DNA of 64,000 nt from Thalia democratica. Taxonomy: Eukaryota. Numbering within the stretch: position 1 is the stretch's first letter; every line of letters begins with the position of its first letter. The notes beneath the pieces were generated by a model, which was given only the letters and a program-made list of their open reading frames with translations, searched no databases and had not been told where the DNA came from. This document shows, piece by piece, positions 1 through 13,425 of the stretch. Position numbers and translations under genes: made by a program. Location of the stretch: positions 24,242,001 to 24,306,000 of the forward strand of contig OZ241833.1 in the NCBI GenBank assembly GCA_965202585.1, read 5' to 3'.

Positions 1-59
1 TTTGATGAAGACATTTTTTTATCTATAAGATAAACTTTTTGTGTCAAATCGAAATTTTA

Positions 60-189
60 CTCCTGAACATGCTAAAGTTCTTAAACATTCCAGGTTTTTT
101 AAGTGATTTTTGTTCAAAATTCTAGGTTTTTCCAGGTTATTTTTCCAAACTTTTCTAATTCCAGGTTTCCAGGTAAAGTTGCAACCCTG
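60..189. mobile_element. Right end of a hAT-like MITE whose left end lies outside the window
   Basis: Ends in GTTGCAACCCTG (178-189; reverse complement CAGGGTTGCAAC), preceded by several subterminal TCCAGGTT motifs. Partner TIR and TSD are not visible. Confidence 0.35.
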
Positions 190-1102
190 ATATATGTAGA
201 ATAAAGTATTTAAAAAATTAGGTTATTATTGCTTTAAGAGGCAGCAGTTGTTAAACAAAACTTTAATTTGTTTTAAGAAATAGTTTATACTAATACATAC
301 TTTTTACATCTAAACCAGGGCTCAAAATAAATTCATTTTGTAAAATAAAAAATTTTTAAATAAAAACTTTCGTTGAATAATTGCTACCTGTTTTATTGAA
401 AATTAGGAACCGGACGGATCTGGATCTTGGATCCGGTAGATCACTAGTAAAAACCAACTGGTAACATCGCTATTAATATTAAACATCGAGACTCGGAGAC
501 TAATTTAGACTAGCAAAAGTCTAATAATGAGTAATGACTGTTTTTTTAAGGATTGGTTTAAAATAAAACAGCGAAGTTTATTATATCGAAGACTGTATTT
601 CTATATAAGCATAAACTAACGCTATAACTATCGAATAGGAGCAATAATTAAATTAAAAAGAAGTTAAATTTCTTAAACAAATAATTTCACAAGTTACGAC
701 AATTTTAATTCTCACAGTAAAACATATTTTGAAGAAGCAGTCATTTAGGACGCATCAAAACGTGCAATTAAAATACTACAGGTATCAAATAAAATGAAAT
801 TTAAATACTTTACAAACATCTCAATAGAAGTAACGACAGGACGCTTTGTATTTTGAAAACCATTCGAAACACTAAGTTTTAGAACGGTTATAATACATAC
901 CTAAAAGTTTCATCAAAAAAATTAAATTGTATTTTTAATATATTGTAAACTTTGATTCAGGTGGCAGTATCAATAGAAAACAAAAACTACTTATTGGTTG
1001 AAATCAAAACATATAGAAAAGTTTGTAGCAAGGAAATGTAGAAAGAGAATGTTTGTAAAATTAAGGGATTAAATAAAAAAAAGTAAGAAAGAAAAAACTT
1101 AC

Positions 1103-4100
1103 GAAAGTTGATGGTGGAAAATGTCGTTCACTATCTGGCCGATGTGCCTGTAAAAAGAAAGCGAAAGAAAAGAAAGTCAGTAGTTTAGAGAAAAGATATA
1201 TAAAAAAAAGTGATAATAATAATTATGGAAAGCACATTTATAAAAGAACAAAAATTTATAATAAATTTGAAAGTATTCATATATCATATTCCTAAAAATG
1301 AACTTAAAGGAACATTTTTTCCATATACTCAAAAATAATAATTTACTCTATTTTCCAAGAAACTTACTTATTTGAGTAGAATCAAGATAATAATGTGACT
1401 TATAATATTATACAATAACAAAATTTAAAATATAAATTTGTTATTACTACATACCATAAACAAAATTAAAACACTATAAACCCTTTGTCAGAAAATACTT
1501 AAATTAGATAACTTCACGCATTTTTTAAACAATCCAAACTCTTACTTTTCATTTTTGCTGCCGTCCTGAGCGAAGAACTCGAAGCTGCTGGAAGGCAAGC
1601 TGTTCATCGGGGTGGTGCTGCTGTTGGTCGAGGGGGTGGGCGGTGGATTGTCACTGCTGCCGTATCTGTGCGCATATAATCCATCGATAAGCAAGTAAAG
1701 TGTACAGAGTCATGTAAAGTTCGCTAAAATATTAATTTAAGTATTATTTCAAATTATTAGTTCTAAGCTAGTACATCTGTTAAAAAGTCAAAACTTGTTG
1801 GGAATAAAAACGCATATAAATTTTAAGCCAGTACGAAATATTTAACTTATAAAAAATACAGCTTTTTCACAAACACTAACTCGGGATGGCTGGCGCTGAA
1901 CGGCATCCGCTGGTGGCCGGCGTACTGAAAAGCCAGCGGGTTGGTGGAGGGCGGCAGGTAGCCGCTGTTGTAGAAATAAAAATTGTTGGGCGGCTCGGAG
2001 TTGGGGGGAAAGTTGACGGAGGAGGAGCTTGCCGAGTGCTGCACGGTCTGCTGCATGTTGGCGGGAACCTGCTGCTGAATGTTGTGCATCTGCATCTGGT
2101 TAATGTTCTGCTGCATGCTGTGCTGCTGGTGCTGCACTGTGGAGGTGTGGAGCGAAGGAACGGACTGCGTGGGATCCCTCTGCTGCAGCGAAGAGCTGGA
2201 GTCGGAGTGGGGGAGGGTGTAGGAGCTGGAACTGGCCACGATCTGAGCCTGAGGCGGTTGCTGGGGCTGATTGCTGGTTGGCGGTGGTTTCTGCGCGTCG
2301 ACGTTTTGGTTCTTCTGGCCGACCTTGTAAAACAAAACAAGAACTTTATCAATTGACTTAATTTTACTTTGCATCAATGTTGCATGAGCTTAAAAATTAA
2401 TTAATTCAAATTTTAAAGTTGAAATTGTTCATTTATATACTATAGTTCAAATACATTTGTGTTTGACAAAAAAGTGTGAAACATGTTTTATTGTAAGTTT
2501 AAGACTCCAGCACTCTATGCAAAATTTAGTTTTAAGTAGTCAGCAAAAAAAGTGCCTTGATATTCATTAAAGTTAGAAAAACATATCACACAACAAAAGT
2601 AAAAAATAGATCTAATTAAAAAAAACTTCGACCAACTTTCACAAAGCTGGAAGAGTGGGCGACGCCGGGCAGCGACGGCAGGTGGAAGTCCAAGTACTCG
2701 AAGCAGTCCCACCTGCCCTTCTTCCTGCTGATGGGTAGGCTGTTGTAGCTGGTGTCCTTCTTGACGAACTTGTAATTCCTCAGGTTCTTCTCCTTCGCCA
2801 CCGGCTGCTGCTTCTCCTGCTGCTGCTGCGCTGCTGAGCTTGAGGCGTTGGTGGTTTTGGAAGGTTGCAGGGGCGGGACGGCGGAAGGGTTGGAGGAGGG
2901 CACCTGCTGGAAGGACTGCCTGCTTTCCAGCGGCTGAGCGGCTTGCTGGGAGTTCTGGTGGTTCGTTGCTGAAGCGTCTGGTTTCTGTGTTAAACGTTGA
3001 GTTTATTCTGGTCCTTAAATTTACAAGCTACTTCTACTACTGGATAAAAAAATTGCTTTAAATAAAAAGTTTTTATCACTATTTTAAAGTTTTAAATTAT
3101 ACCAACAGTTGCTTTACACAAAAAAATAGGATCTAAGAGCTAAAATTTGACTACAGCAATCAGACTTAGTTTTAATTCAATAGTATTTAAGGTAATAGCT
3201 AATTAATAGTTATAAACTTTAATGAGTAAACATAATAAATAAAAACTATTGAAAAAATATATTTTTTGTTACAAAAGTTAACACTTGTGAAACTAAATTT
3301 TAGAAATACTTGAATGAGTATTAACTAACAATTAAAATAATTTTGAATAATGAAAATTACTTCTTGATCAAAACAGTCATATATATTTGAAACTAAATGA
3401 CTTAAGCATACTTTTTTTAAGCAACACTAACAAATAGAAAATGCTGACTTGACTGTTGACATTCCTTCAACTAATACAACTTTCAAAGTAACGTGATACT
3501 TATTTTATCTTATATTTAACTTTAACATTGTTGTCACACGTTTAACCATACACAATGCACAAATCATATAAATTATCAACTGTATAAATTGATGGTATTA
3601 ATCAACTTTAAATAGATTTACAAGTTACTTACAGTAATACACAACAATAGCAGTAATCTGAGCTTGTAGAAAATATAATGCCAACTAGTAAAAACTAAGT
3701 TTAAACAAGTAGTCAACAATCTTAATTTTAATTAAGACTTTTCAATGAGCTAATTAGCTTAGAATAAATGCATCAGCTTGTTGTTTGAATATTAAGTTAG
3801 TGAAGGTGAATTAAAACATAAATACACGAACTTAAAATATTTAATCTTTAAAGAAATAATTCTATTGACTTTCTTTATTAAGAAATAACTTGTACGTAAA
3901 AAACATATTTTCAAAAAAAATATTTTATAAAACTCCGCGTTTAGAATACTTAATATGTATTTTTACATTTTTAGAACTTAAATTTATTATGTTAACAAAC
4001 TTTGTCCTTCTTTCAAAAGTTCCATCAACTCTTTATTTTGATTATTATCATTAGATGTTTTTAATCTAGCAACTTACGTGTTATGGAAACTAAGATAGTT

Positions 4101-7100
4101 ATACAATAACCTAAAATACAACTAAAATAACTTTTTTAACTAAATATTTACTTACAAAAAAAAGACTAAATTAATTTGCTTGAAAATAATAAAAACCGCA
4201 ATAAAATATCATCGTACCTTACTTAAGGTTCAAAATATATAATACACTTATTAAAAGTAGTTTGGTACAATCAATAAACATCTGTTTCTAAATTATCATA
4301 GCTTAGTTAAACTAAGTACTACCTATAGTATTTGAAATATATCTTTAAAAAATGTCTGATAGAAAAACAAAAATACTTTCATTTGAGAAATTATAAAATC
4401 TACATAATAACAACTTCAATAGGGCTCGAACATATTATAATTATTAATTTTAGAATAAAAATCTTTAAATTTCAAAGTATCAAGACTAAACTTAAACTGT
4501 CGAAAAAAATAGATGTATCAAAGAGTGTTTTAATCACAATACACAAGTGGTCTTAAACTTTTCCTTTTTTCTTTTGAAAAGTTTTTGTTTTGGCTTTTCG
4601 GTGGCTTTTGTAAAATAAAAAAATTAAAACAATGATAGTGGTGTATGAGTTTAAAACTTCTGTAGAGACCTTAGCAAGGTACAGTATTAAAAATATATAT
4701 AAATTATACTAAAATTTATGTTGTCAAATATTTAGAAACTTTTTTTGTTTATAAATGAAGTATGTAGCAGAATGAAAAATAAGGTGACTAGAAAATAATT
4801 ATTTTTTAAATAATAAACACTGCTTCAATTTTTAATTTTCAACTTTTATAAGACATACTTTATTAAAACAACTGTTTTAAAAGTTTATAGTTTTTGTATA
4901 AATTAGTTATTGAATGTAAAAATAAATAATATAAACTTAACTATAAAAAAATTATAGTGTGAATGTCCTAAAAACAATTTAAATAGTATAAACTGTATAC
5001 TAATAACTGTAAAGAACATAATGTTAACAAAAAAATTTAAGTTTAATTTTACCATTTGAAGGATTTGGAATTTAATTTAGTAAGTAAATTTCTAGAAAAA
5101 TTTTGTAATTTTAGTTTGACTTTTAAGAATTTTTTGTTAACTTTTTACCATTTTGTAAATTAGAACTAAAAAATTCTGACATTTTGCCATTTTGACCTAA
5201 AAAAACTGACATTTAGCCATTTTAACCTAAAAAACTAGCTTTTGATCATTTTGACCCCAAAAAAATTGACTTATTGTGACCCATGGCAACACTGAAAGCA
5301 CGAGAATGTTATTTATTACAGATATTTAAGTTTAAAAAATTTAGTAAACAATAATCAACTCTTATATGGACTATAATACTAATGTTTATAAACATCTAAT
5401 TTGAATCTTAGAAAAAAAGAAACTTAAACAAAACTTACTTTTTTAAACTTTTCTTTTTCAATCATACTACTTATATAACATGACAGTCTAATTACGCTTT
5501 AAATCATGGTTTTCCAAACTCATTTTCATAATTGGCCCCATGGCAGAAAATTTTAAAATAGTCCCCCACAGAATATCTTATGAAACTTTCAAAATTCTTT
5601 ATTTTTTCTAATAATTTTTTGAAACTACTCCACAAGCTTCTAAATAGAGCTGAGTGATTTATCAGCTGAAACACATTTAATTTTTATTATACTGCTAATG
5701 ATTAAAATTACTACAATTTTGTAAACTCAGACTTTATGATAAGCAATTTTTATTTTGCTAATTTACAGCACAAACAGATATTTAACTTACAATGATTTTA
5801 TCTGTAGGAGCAGCTACAACTTCAGCAGCAACAGTTTTAGCTGGCATTTGATTGGTCACAGAGCTTTCCAACTGCAACATGGCTGTGGCAGTGTCTTCTG
5901 AAGCAGTGCTCTCTTGGTCATGATCAGCATCTGTAGTTCGGGAGTATGACAAGTCAGAGTAGGAGGCGTGTGAGACGTCCATATCATCTGCACTTTCATC
6001 TCCATCGTCTTTCACTCCAGTGATGACAAAAGCTCCTTTTTTCTTTGGTCTAAAAACAAATAAAACTAGATTTTATACCTACATTGTGAAACTATTTAAT
6101 TTGCATTATATATTTTGAAAAAAAATTAATAAAATGTGTAAATGTAAATATATGTTAATATGTATTACCCTTTTAACTACCTTACAAGTACTTATGTATG
6201 TATAATTTTTTAATTATACAATAAAAAACTAAAACATTAAACTTAAATATTCAAAAACGTTTTTGATTAATCTAAGCACTTTCATGGAGCCTAATTATTA
6301 CAAAAGAAAAGTCATTTAAAAACTATGTGGTATGAATTTTTAGAATAGATTTAGAAGTTAGGTAAGTTAAAAAAATTTAAAAGCTACTTTAATAACTGAA
6401 TAATGTTTAGTACTTTTTAATAACTTAGATAAATTTTAACTATAGGTTAAGATTCTTACACACTTTTCAGCTTTATATTTTAATTTTGTTATTCATTTGA
6501 AAAATAAGTTAATTCTTTAATAAACTGATGATGTCATTTTTACTACTAAAATTCTATTGACAATGACATTGATGTAGCTATATTTTAACCTTTATCAAAA
6601 CCTGCAAACTATACTAAAAATTTGTTTGTTTTACTTCACAAAGATAATTCATACTAAAATATTAAAAATTTCATAAAATTGAAAAAATATAAGACTTTAC
6701 TAAAGTCATAGTCAATAAAATGTTTTTTAATCAAATTACATCATAAGTTTTTAGTTGTCATATAAGAAACCAGTTTAATTTTTTTAAAGAATGTCTAAAT
6801 CAAAATAAAGAAATGAAAAAGTCTGCGGGACTGTTTGAAGCAGACCATATGTATTTGAAAAAAAGCTTCAAGTACTCAATTTATTAAACTTAAACATTTT
6901 TGTACAAAGTTACCTACAAGTATAACTGATAACAATAACAATTAAAAGTCTTTATTTACTAACACTCATAATAAACTAACATTGCAGACTCATGAACAGG
7001 GTCAGAAAATGTAACAGTTTGGTTTTTAGATACATTGTTGGGAAGTGGTTTACTTTGAGTTTCTGGAACAACTGGTTGCTTTTGAGAACCATTTTGAGTT

Positions 7101-7141
7101 CCATGGTTGGCTAAAGGATTTTGGTTTGGTAAAGTTTCCAT
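1103..7141 (-). CDS. TSC22D: TSC22 domain family (TSC22D1/2/4, bunched-A-like) long isoform; 5' six coding exons, gene continues left of the window
   Basis: Exons joined with consistent phases and GT-AG sites: 7141-6981, 6049-5791, 2984-2637, 2323-1881, 1665-1546, 1147-1103. The product has KKKGAFVITGV...DESADDMDVSH (like long-isoform motif 1, KKKSGFQITSV) and YKFVKKD...RKKGRWDCFEYLD (like motif 2, FRVVK...KKGRWTCxEFY), followed by a Q/P/S-rich region. The TSC box/leucine zipper is not in the window. Confidence 0.8.
5170..5294. mobile_element. hAT-like MITE terminus in a TSC22D intron
   Basis: CCATGGCAACACTG at 5281-5294 (reverse complement CAGTGTTGCCATGG), preceded by three ~31-bp degenerate subterminal repeats. 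No partner TIR identified. Confidence 0.35.
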
Positions 7142-7661
7142 CTTATTAAAAAGCTTTCATCTTACAATAACCTGACATATGGTATACATTCATTCAAAAG
7201 TTTAAATAAGTTGTATATACAAAACTTATTTAAAAAGGTACACTTAAGTATTAGTTAAATTCAAATTAAAAAAATTGGAGTTATGTGTCTAAATATGCAT
7301 ATAAAAATAAAACAATTGAGAAATTTAAAGCAATGTAAGCTTTTCAAATTATATAAAGGTAAAACAGCTTTGAATATATTTTAAAAAGTACTTCAATATT
7401 TTTTATAAACATTTTGAAATATTACTGATTATTTCAACATGTGGTTGTTAAATAACCATATCTGGGTAACATATCACAGTTATTTGAGAAATAACTGCTA
7501 ATTAAAAAAATATAATAGATACAAGTTCAATATTTTTTAAGGTAAAAAAACATCATTCTTAAACTCAAACCTTTGCAACAATAAACGTTTTTTGGGCAAA
7601 ATTGAAAGTGTTACATCATGTGTAACTTTACTTGCACCATTTATGATTTATTTTAAATTAA

Positions 7662-8340
7662 GGCCACAGTGGATAGTGGAGTCCAACATATTTTTGGAAA
7701 AATAACATTGACTCTTTTGTGAAAGCTTCATATATAAACTAAAAGCCAGTTTTTAGAGAATTTAAATTTTTTTATATAATTTCTGATATATTTTAAACTT
7801 TATAAAAAGTTTTTAATACAAATGTATGAACCACAAAATTTTCAGAATCAGTTTTCCAGGAAATTTGAAAAATCACTAAAAATCTATCTAATCTTTTTGA
7901 GCTAGAGACCTCAAACTCTCAGGAAACATACCTTTTTATAGTTTAAAAGACTTTCATTGTTAAAATTTTAAAAATATATATAAATATAAATTTAGATTAA
8001 AAGTACAAAAAAATAAAGATGTTTGTTTTTAATTATATGCCTAAAAGTTGAAAAAAAACTGTGCATTAAATTGATTTAAATATTAGTAATGGACTTTTTG
8101 CAAAAATTTGAAGAAGATTGATTTAAAAATGAAGGAGAAAATACATTTTTAGTGAAATAGTCTTTTTTGCTATTTTGGTTTGCACCTTCCATTAGGAACC
8201 TATTGAGGTCACTGACTTTGATTGCTCATATCTCAAAAACAACTTTAAAAATTTTTAAGAGTTGAAAAATTATTATAGCTCAGATAATACTATACAAAAC
8301 AAGATCAACTTGTAAAAATCAATGTGGACTCCCTATGGCC
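7662..8340. mobile_element. Putative non-autonomous DNA transposon/MITE with GGCC ends
   Basis: Imperfect inverted ends: GGCCACAGTGGATAGTGGAGTCCA on the left, TGGACTCCCTATGGCC on the right. Flanks are TAA and AAA, so there is no clean TSD. Confidence 0.4.
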
Positions 8341-11300
8341 AAAAACTACTTTTCAATCAATAAAAAACTCATGGTGGTAGATCACTTGAAGAACACCCAC
8401 AAGACTGAAATCTCAACAATTATAACCACCAAGTGTGGGAAAATCATGAAGCTCAAATCTCTAAATAAGTAAGTGGTCACCACAACAAAATATCAGACCA
8501 ACAATCAAACCATATGATCACTGCTACAAGAGTGAACCCACAATGACTTGTTGGCGAAATATAATTAAATAGTGTTATAACAAACACATTAGTCTTTAGA
8601 ACTATTCTTAACAAAGAATTAACCAATTTTAAACAAATATTTTACTGTAATAACATTAACAAAAATTTAAACTATTTATTGTAAACTAAGCTTGAGAATT
8701 CGCAAATATAAACAAAATGAACTAGTATCTAGAAAGTTATTTGTATTTGAAAAGAATGTAATTAAAAAAAAAATGATGTAAATGTCATAAGAACTTGCCT
8801 AGACTTGGAGAAATTATAGACCAGCATGAGTTTTGCAAAAAATAACTCAAACAAATCTGTTTTTTTTTAATAACCTGAAAAAAAAGTCAAAAGACCTACA
8901 TTGGCATGAGTTTTATAAATATTTTAACTAGCCTGAGTGTGAGTAACACTTTAACAATATGTTATGTTTAGAAAATTAAAATGTAATAATTTCAAACTTT
9001 TAATTTATTTTTGTTATTTTCTTTTAATTTTGTTATAATTTTTTAATTTGATCTTGCTATTTAATTGTGAGCCTGACAATACAAATAAAAATCATAACCA
9101 CCCATGATAATTGAAAAGATTATAAGAGATATAAACACTACCACACTAAGTTTACAACTAAGTTTTATCTACAAACTTAGGAAAAGAATGTTTTTTGTTT
9201 TGTTTTAAAATTTAAAAGTCACAAGTTATCTATAAGAAATAAATTTTGTTATGAAAACTTTCCACAACAAGCCAGCTATTGGATTTAGTGTTATAATGTT
9301 TTACATTACAAAAAAAACTCAAGTGAGTGATTTATATTTACTTCTAGGTCTAAAACCTATATATAGCTGTACAACTGTAATTTCTTACTTTTTAAAACAG
9401 AAAAATTTGTATGATTTAGGTTACAAAATATCCCAATCCCCTTTAATTTATTTTAGTGTTACTATTACTAACAAACCACATGATTAGTTTTAACATTTAT
9501 TATTGTTTTCACCTCTTTATTAACTTCTTTAAACCTTAAAATATTTATAATTTATTTTTCCTTGAAAACAACAATTTCAGCATTAGCTTTACAAACTATA
9601 CAGGAAAAAAGAATATAATATAGTTTGAGGTAAAACTTGGAAATATCAGTATCTATATTTTAGAATATTGGCTACTACAAAAAAATTATAACTAGGTTTG
9701 GATTTAACTAATTTCAAAATGTTGAAACTCAAAGCTTGACAATCAAACTATAGTTACAGTTTTCTCCACTTTACTTTTTAACCTTTACTTATCTTTCTTA
9801 TAAGATGGTAATTAAGGCATTTAAAATCATATGTTCTAATATGCAAAATATTTTGGTCAATTTCGCACGGATAAATACTAATACAATTGAATATTTTTAA
9901 TTGTTAAGTAAACAAAAAACAATGTATTTTATAGTTTCAAATAAAAGCTACCAAACTTGAGCTTTGCAATGATCTGTAGGTGTAGGCATATAACTAGAGT
10001 GAACATTTTTATATGAATGAACTTTTCACTAGTATCATTTATTTTTTACTATCAATAAAGGAAAAGTCATGAAACATTTAGAAAATTAGTTCAAGTACAG
10101 AAAAAGCTTTAATTAAAAAAATATTTTTCAAATTTCTTTATAATATCAGATTAAAATTGAAAAATTGTTCCTTTTTAAGGAAACTACTCGTGACGTTTTT
10201 GTAAAAAATCAAATTCAGAAATATTTACAAAGTCAACAATATTTTTCTTAAGTTTGTACTAGTATTGACTAATATTAACTTGTTTTTACTGAACAACTTT
10301 GCAATTTTAAAATCTTTAAAGCATGAAATTAAGGTTCAATACAATACTATTGCTTTACTGTTTTCTTATAAACTACGAATTAACTTTTAGATTAATTAAA
10401 TTGCTATTTCTACAAGATTATACTAACTAAAAAATGCTGAGAGCCTGGTACCAAATATTTTTTTACTAAACAAAATATTTAAAAAACTTATTTATAAATT
10501 AAGTGATTTTTATTGTTTTTAACACTTTTTTATCTTTAGGAATTAAATTGACTTAAAACAACTTATCAATCACAGTTTAAAAAATATAAACTAAGTAATT
10601 CCAATATTGTATAGGTATTTAATTAAAAACAATTTATGTATTCAAAATTACTTTAAATAGGACTACTGCTAAATTTAGCTGTACGAAATTTCAAAAAGGA
10701 TTAATAAGAAGCTCATTGTCTAGTACTTAAGACTAAGATATAAAAACTTACGTAACGTAGTATATAAGACAATAAAACTACAAAACACAGACGAAACAGT
10801 TTTACCTTTAAACATTATATTTGGTTTGATACATTTGATTTCGCAACTTTTTGATCATATCTATACACAAATAAAATGACTTAAAGAAGGAAAAAAGTTA
10901 CAGACAAGTTTGATTTTGTGTAAGACATTAGTTAGTCAAATATATGATAAAAAAATAAATGGTAAAAAATAGACGTCTGCAAAAACTTATATTTTAGCAA
11001 TTTTTATTATAATAGATTTTTTAAATTTTAAACGATACTGATTTGCTTAAATAAAAAATCTACTAAATAAGCTTTTGATTACTTTTATTATTTTTAAGCA
11101 AATTTTAAACAGTGAAAAAACTGTAAAATGTGAAAACCTTTAAAGAATAATTTGGGACACGAAAAAATGTGTAATTACAATAATATGAAACTACTTTAAG
11201 GTGATAATCAAAAAGCATAGTTGGATGGAAGATTTCAAAAGATTAAGAGTTATAATTAATAAAAAAAAATTTGCTTCTTTCAATACAAATTTAATGCTTG

Positions 11301-13425
11301 ATCAATTGTGTGGTGATTTTCTCATAGAAATCTAGTAACTTTGTTATATAAATATTAACCTCAATTGGCTACTTGTTTAACTTCTAGTAAAACAAAAAAA
11401 GGATCTAACTAAAACTTTAAAAGTAAGCGAGAAATAAGTTGTATAAGCGTATCAAACTATCGATGATTAGCTACAGAGGTATTAAATAACCGAAAATTTT
11501 AAATACTTGTATTTGGAAAAGCTATCAAAAAGTATATAGCGAGTAAACAATAAATATGTTTTATTTGTATAAAGGACAAAGGGTAAGAAAGATAATCAAT
11601 TTTTTTAGTTTAGATGGTTAAACTTGAAACTGTTAGGCATACTGGTTCATTTTTTAAATGTTTTATCACTCAGTAAATACTGAAAATTTTATTCTACTTT
11701 TATTCTAATACTAAGTAGTTAATACATAAACTGCATTGCATGTCAGAATTTCACGGATACAAAAATTATTTTTTATTTTATAACAAAATTAGAATGTTAG
11801 CTTAACTATTGCTACAACAAATTTTTGTCTAATTTGATTTGGTAGGAAGTTAGCTTAATTAGTCTTTGGTAACAAAATATATTTTTAAAATGAATTTGGT
11901 ATCTAACAAAATATCTAAATAAATTTAAACTCTAAACACTTTAGTGTGTCTTATAAAGTGATTAACACTCTATCAAATTTTATAGTTTTAACATTTTCGA
12001 GGTTAAGTTAAAGTTCGGTTTGTACATCTTTCTATTGCCCTTTTAAAGTATTATAATTTATTTAACGACAGAAGAAAAAATTACAGTAGTCATAATGGAT
12101 AAACCAGATTTACTTTTATATATTCTTTGTAAAGGTAAGTTAAGAAAGCACCTTATTAGTCTAAAATTATTTTCATGCAAGCTTTTATTTAGATAGTTTT
12201 ATTTTTTTACTTATAAACATTGTAGAATAAACGAGAACAAACATTATACGCAATTATACTAACACTTGAACTTTATTTATTTAAATTGAAAAAAGTTTTA
12301 TTTATTAAAACAAACTTTGTTTAGGTTATTTCAAAACATGGTATAAATATATATATATTACCATATATTATAAAAAAATGTTTTGTTTTATAATAGCCAC
12401 CAATTTATAGTTTTTGTGTACGTTTACTATGTATTTTTCAAATCAAAAATTTATGAGTTACACTTCAAAATATATTTATAGTTGTTGTTTACATTACTGT
12501 GTATTTTTTTAAATGTAAGACTTATGAATTATTTTTCAAAGTAAAAAGTTTAAACGGCTTAGTACACAATAAAAAATATAATTTAGTAATAATAAAATAT
12601 ATATTTATTAACAAAAAAAAATTAAATCATTACTCGGCTTCAAAAACATAAATTTAAACAGAAAAACTTAGATATGAAAATTTTAAAAAAGAAAAAAGTT
12701 TACAAAACAAAACGTAGTAAGCTTGAAAAGTACTCAACAAAGATTTTTAAGTAAAACATCCATTTCAGAACATTTCTAGCGGCAATTAAGATTTAACTTT
12801 ACATTTTATGTCAATTTTCTAAAATTTACTATATTATGAAGCTTAGTATTATGAAAAACATCAAAAAGTTTTAACGGCAAACAAAAGTACAATTACTATA
12901 AGTAATTAAATTTTAATGCTTAATGTAACAGCTTAACCAAAAACTGAGGTATTAAAGAAAGTTTAAACAAAAAATAAGATTGAAATCATTGTACCTCGGT
13001 TTTATACTATTGTTTATAGAACGAGAAAAAAAGCGCTCACAAAATTTTGTCCTAGGACCTGGTGCACGAAAAAACCCATCGGTTACAGAGTCGAACCACA
13101 CTTGGATACCTTTTAAAGTCTTGTCCAGAACATATTATAGTAAATGATAACAATGTAACAAACAAAAGTAATTAGTTAAGTATGTTATCTTGGTCATAAA
13201 GCAGACAAGTTATACTTTTAGAAAATAGCAACCATCAATAACATTGGTAATATTTATAGTTTTAAAGTTTTATACAAATCGTATATAAGATATTATTAGA
13301 AGAGTAAAAAGTATTAATCTAATGTTGTAGAAGTTTTTTTTAATATACAAAAAGGTTAAAAAATAACAAAAGTCTGCTAAAAAGTAATTTTTATATTAAA
13401 TAGGCAGTTTAGTTTACCTTGGAAA

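Noticed and set aside
1876-2356. Alternative-frame and antisense ORFs over GC-rich exons (also within 13984-15664, 42467-43245, 44949-45852, 47764-48009)
   Set aside because: Shadow ORFs caused by high GC3 in real genes; no independent motifs.
4332-9487. Short I/K/F/L-rich ORFs in AT-rich intronic and intergenic DNA (4332-4556, 9251-9487; likewise 30239-30484, 32816-33010, 52676-52861, 63507-63752)
   Set aside because: Length and composition are as expected by chance; no motifs or splice support.
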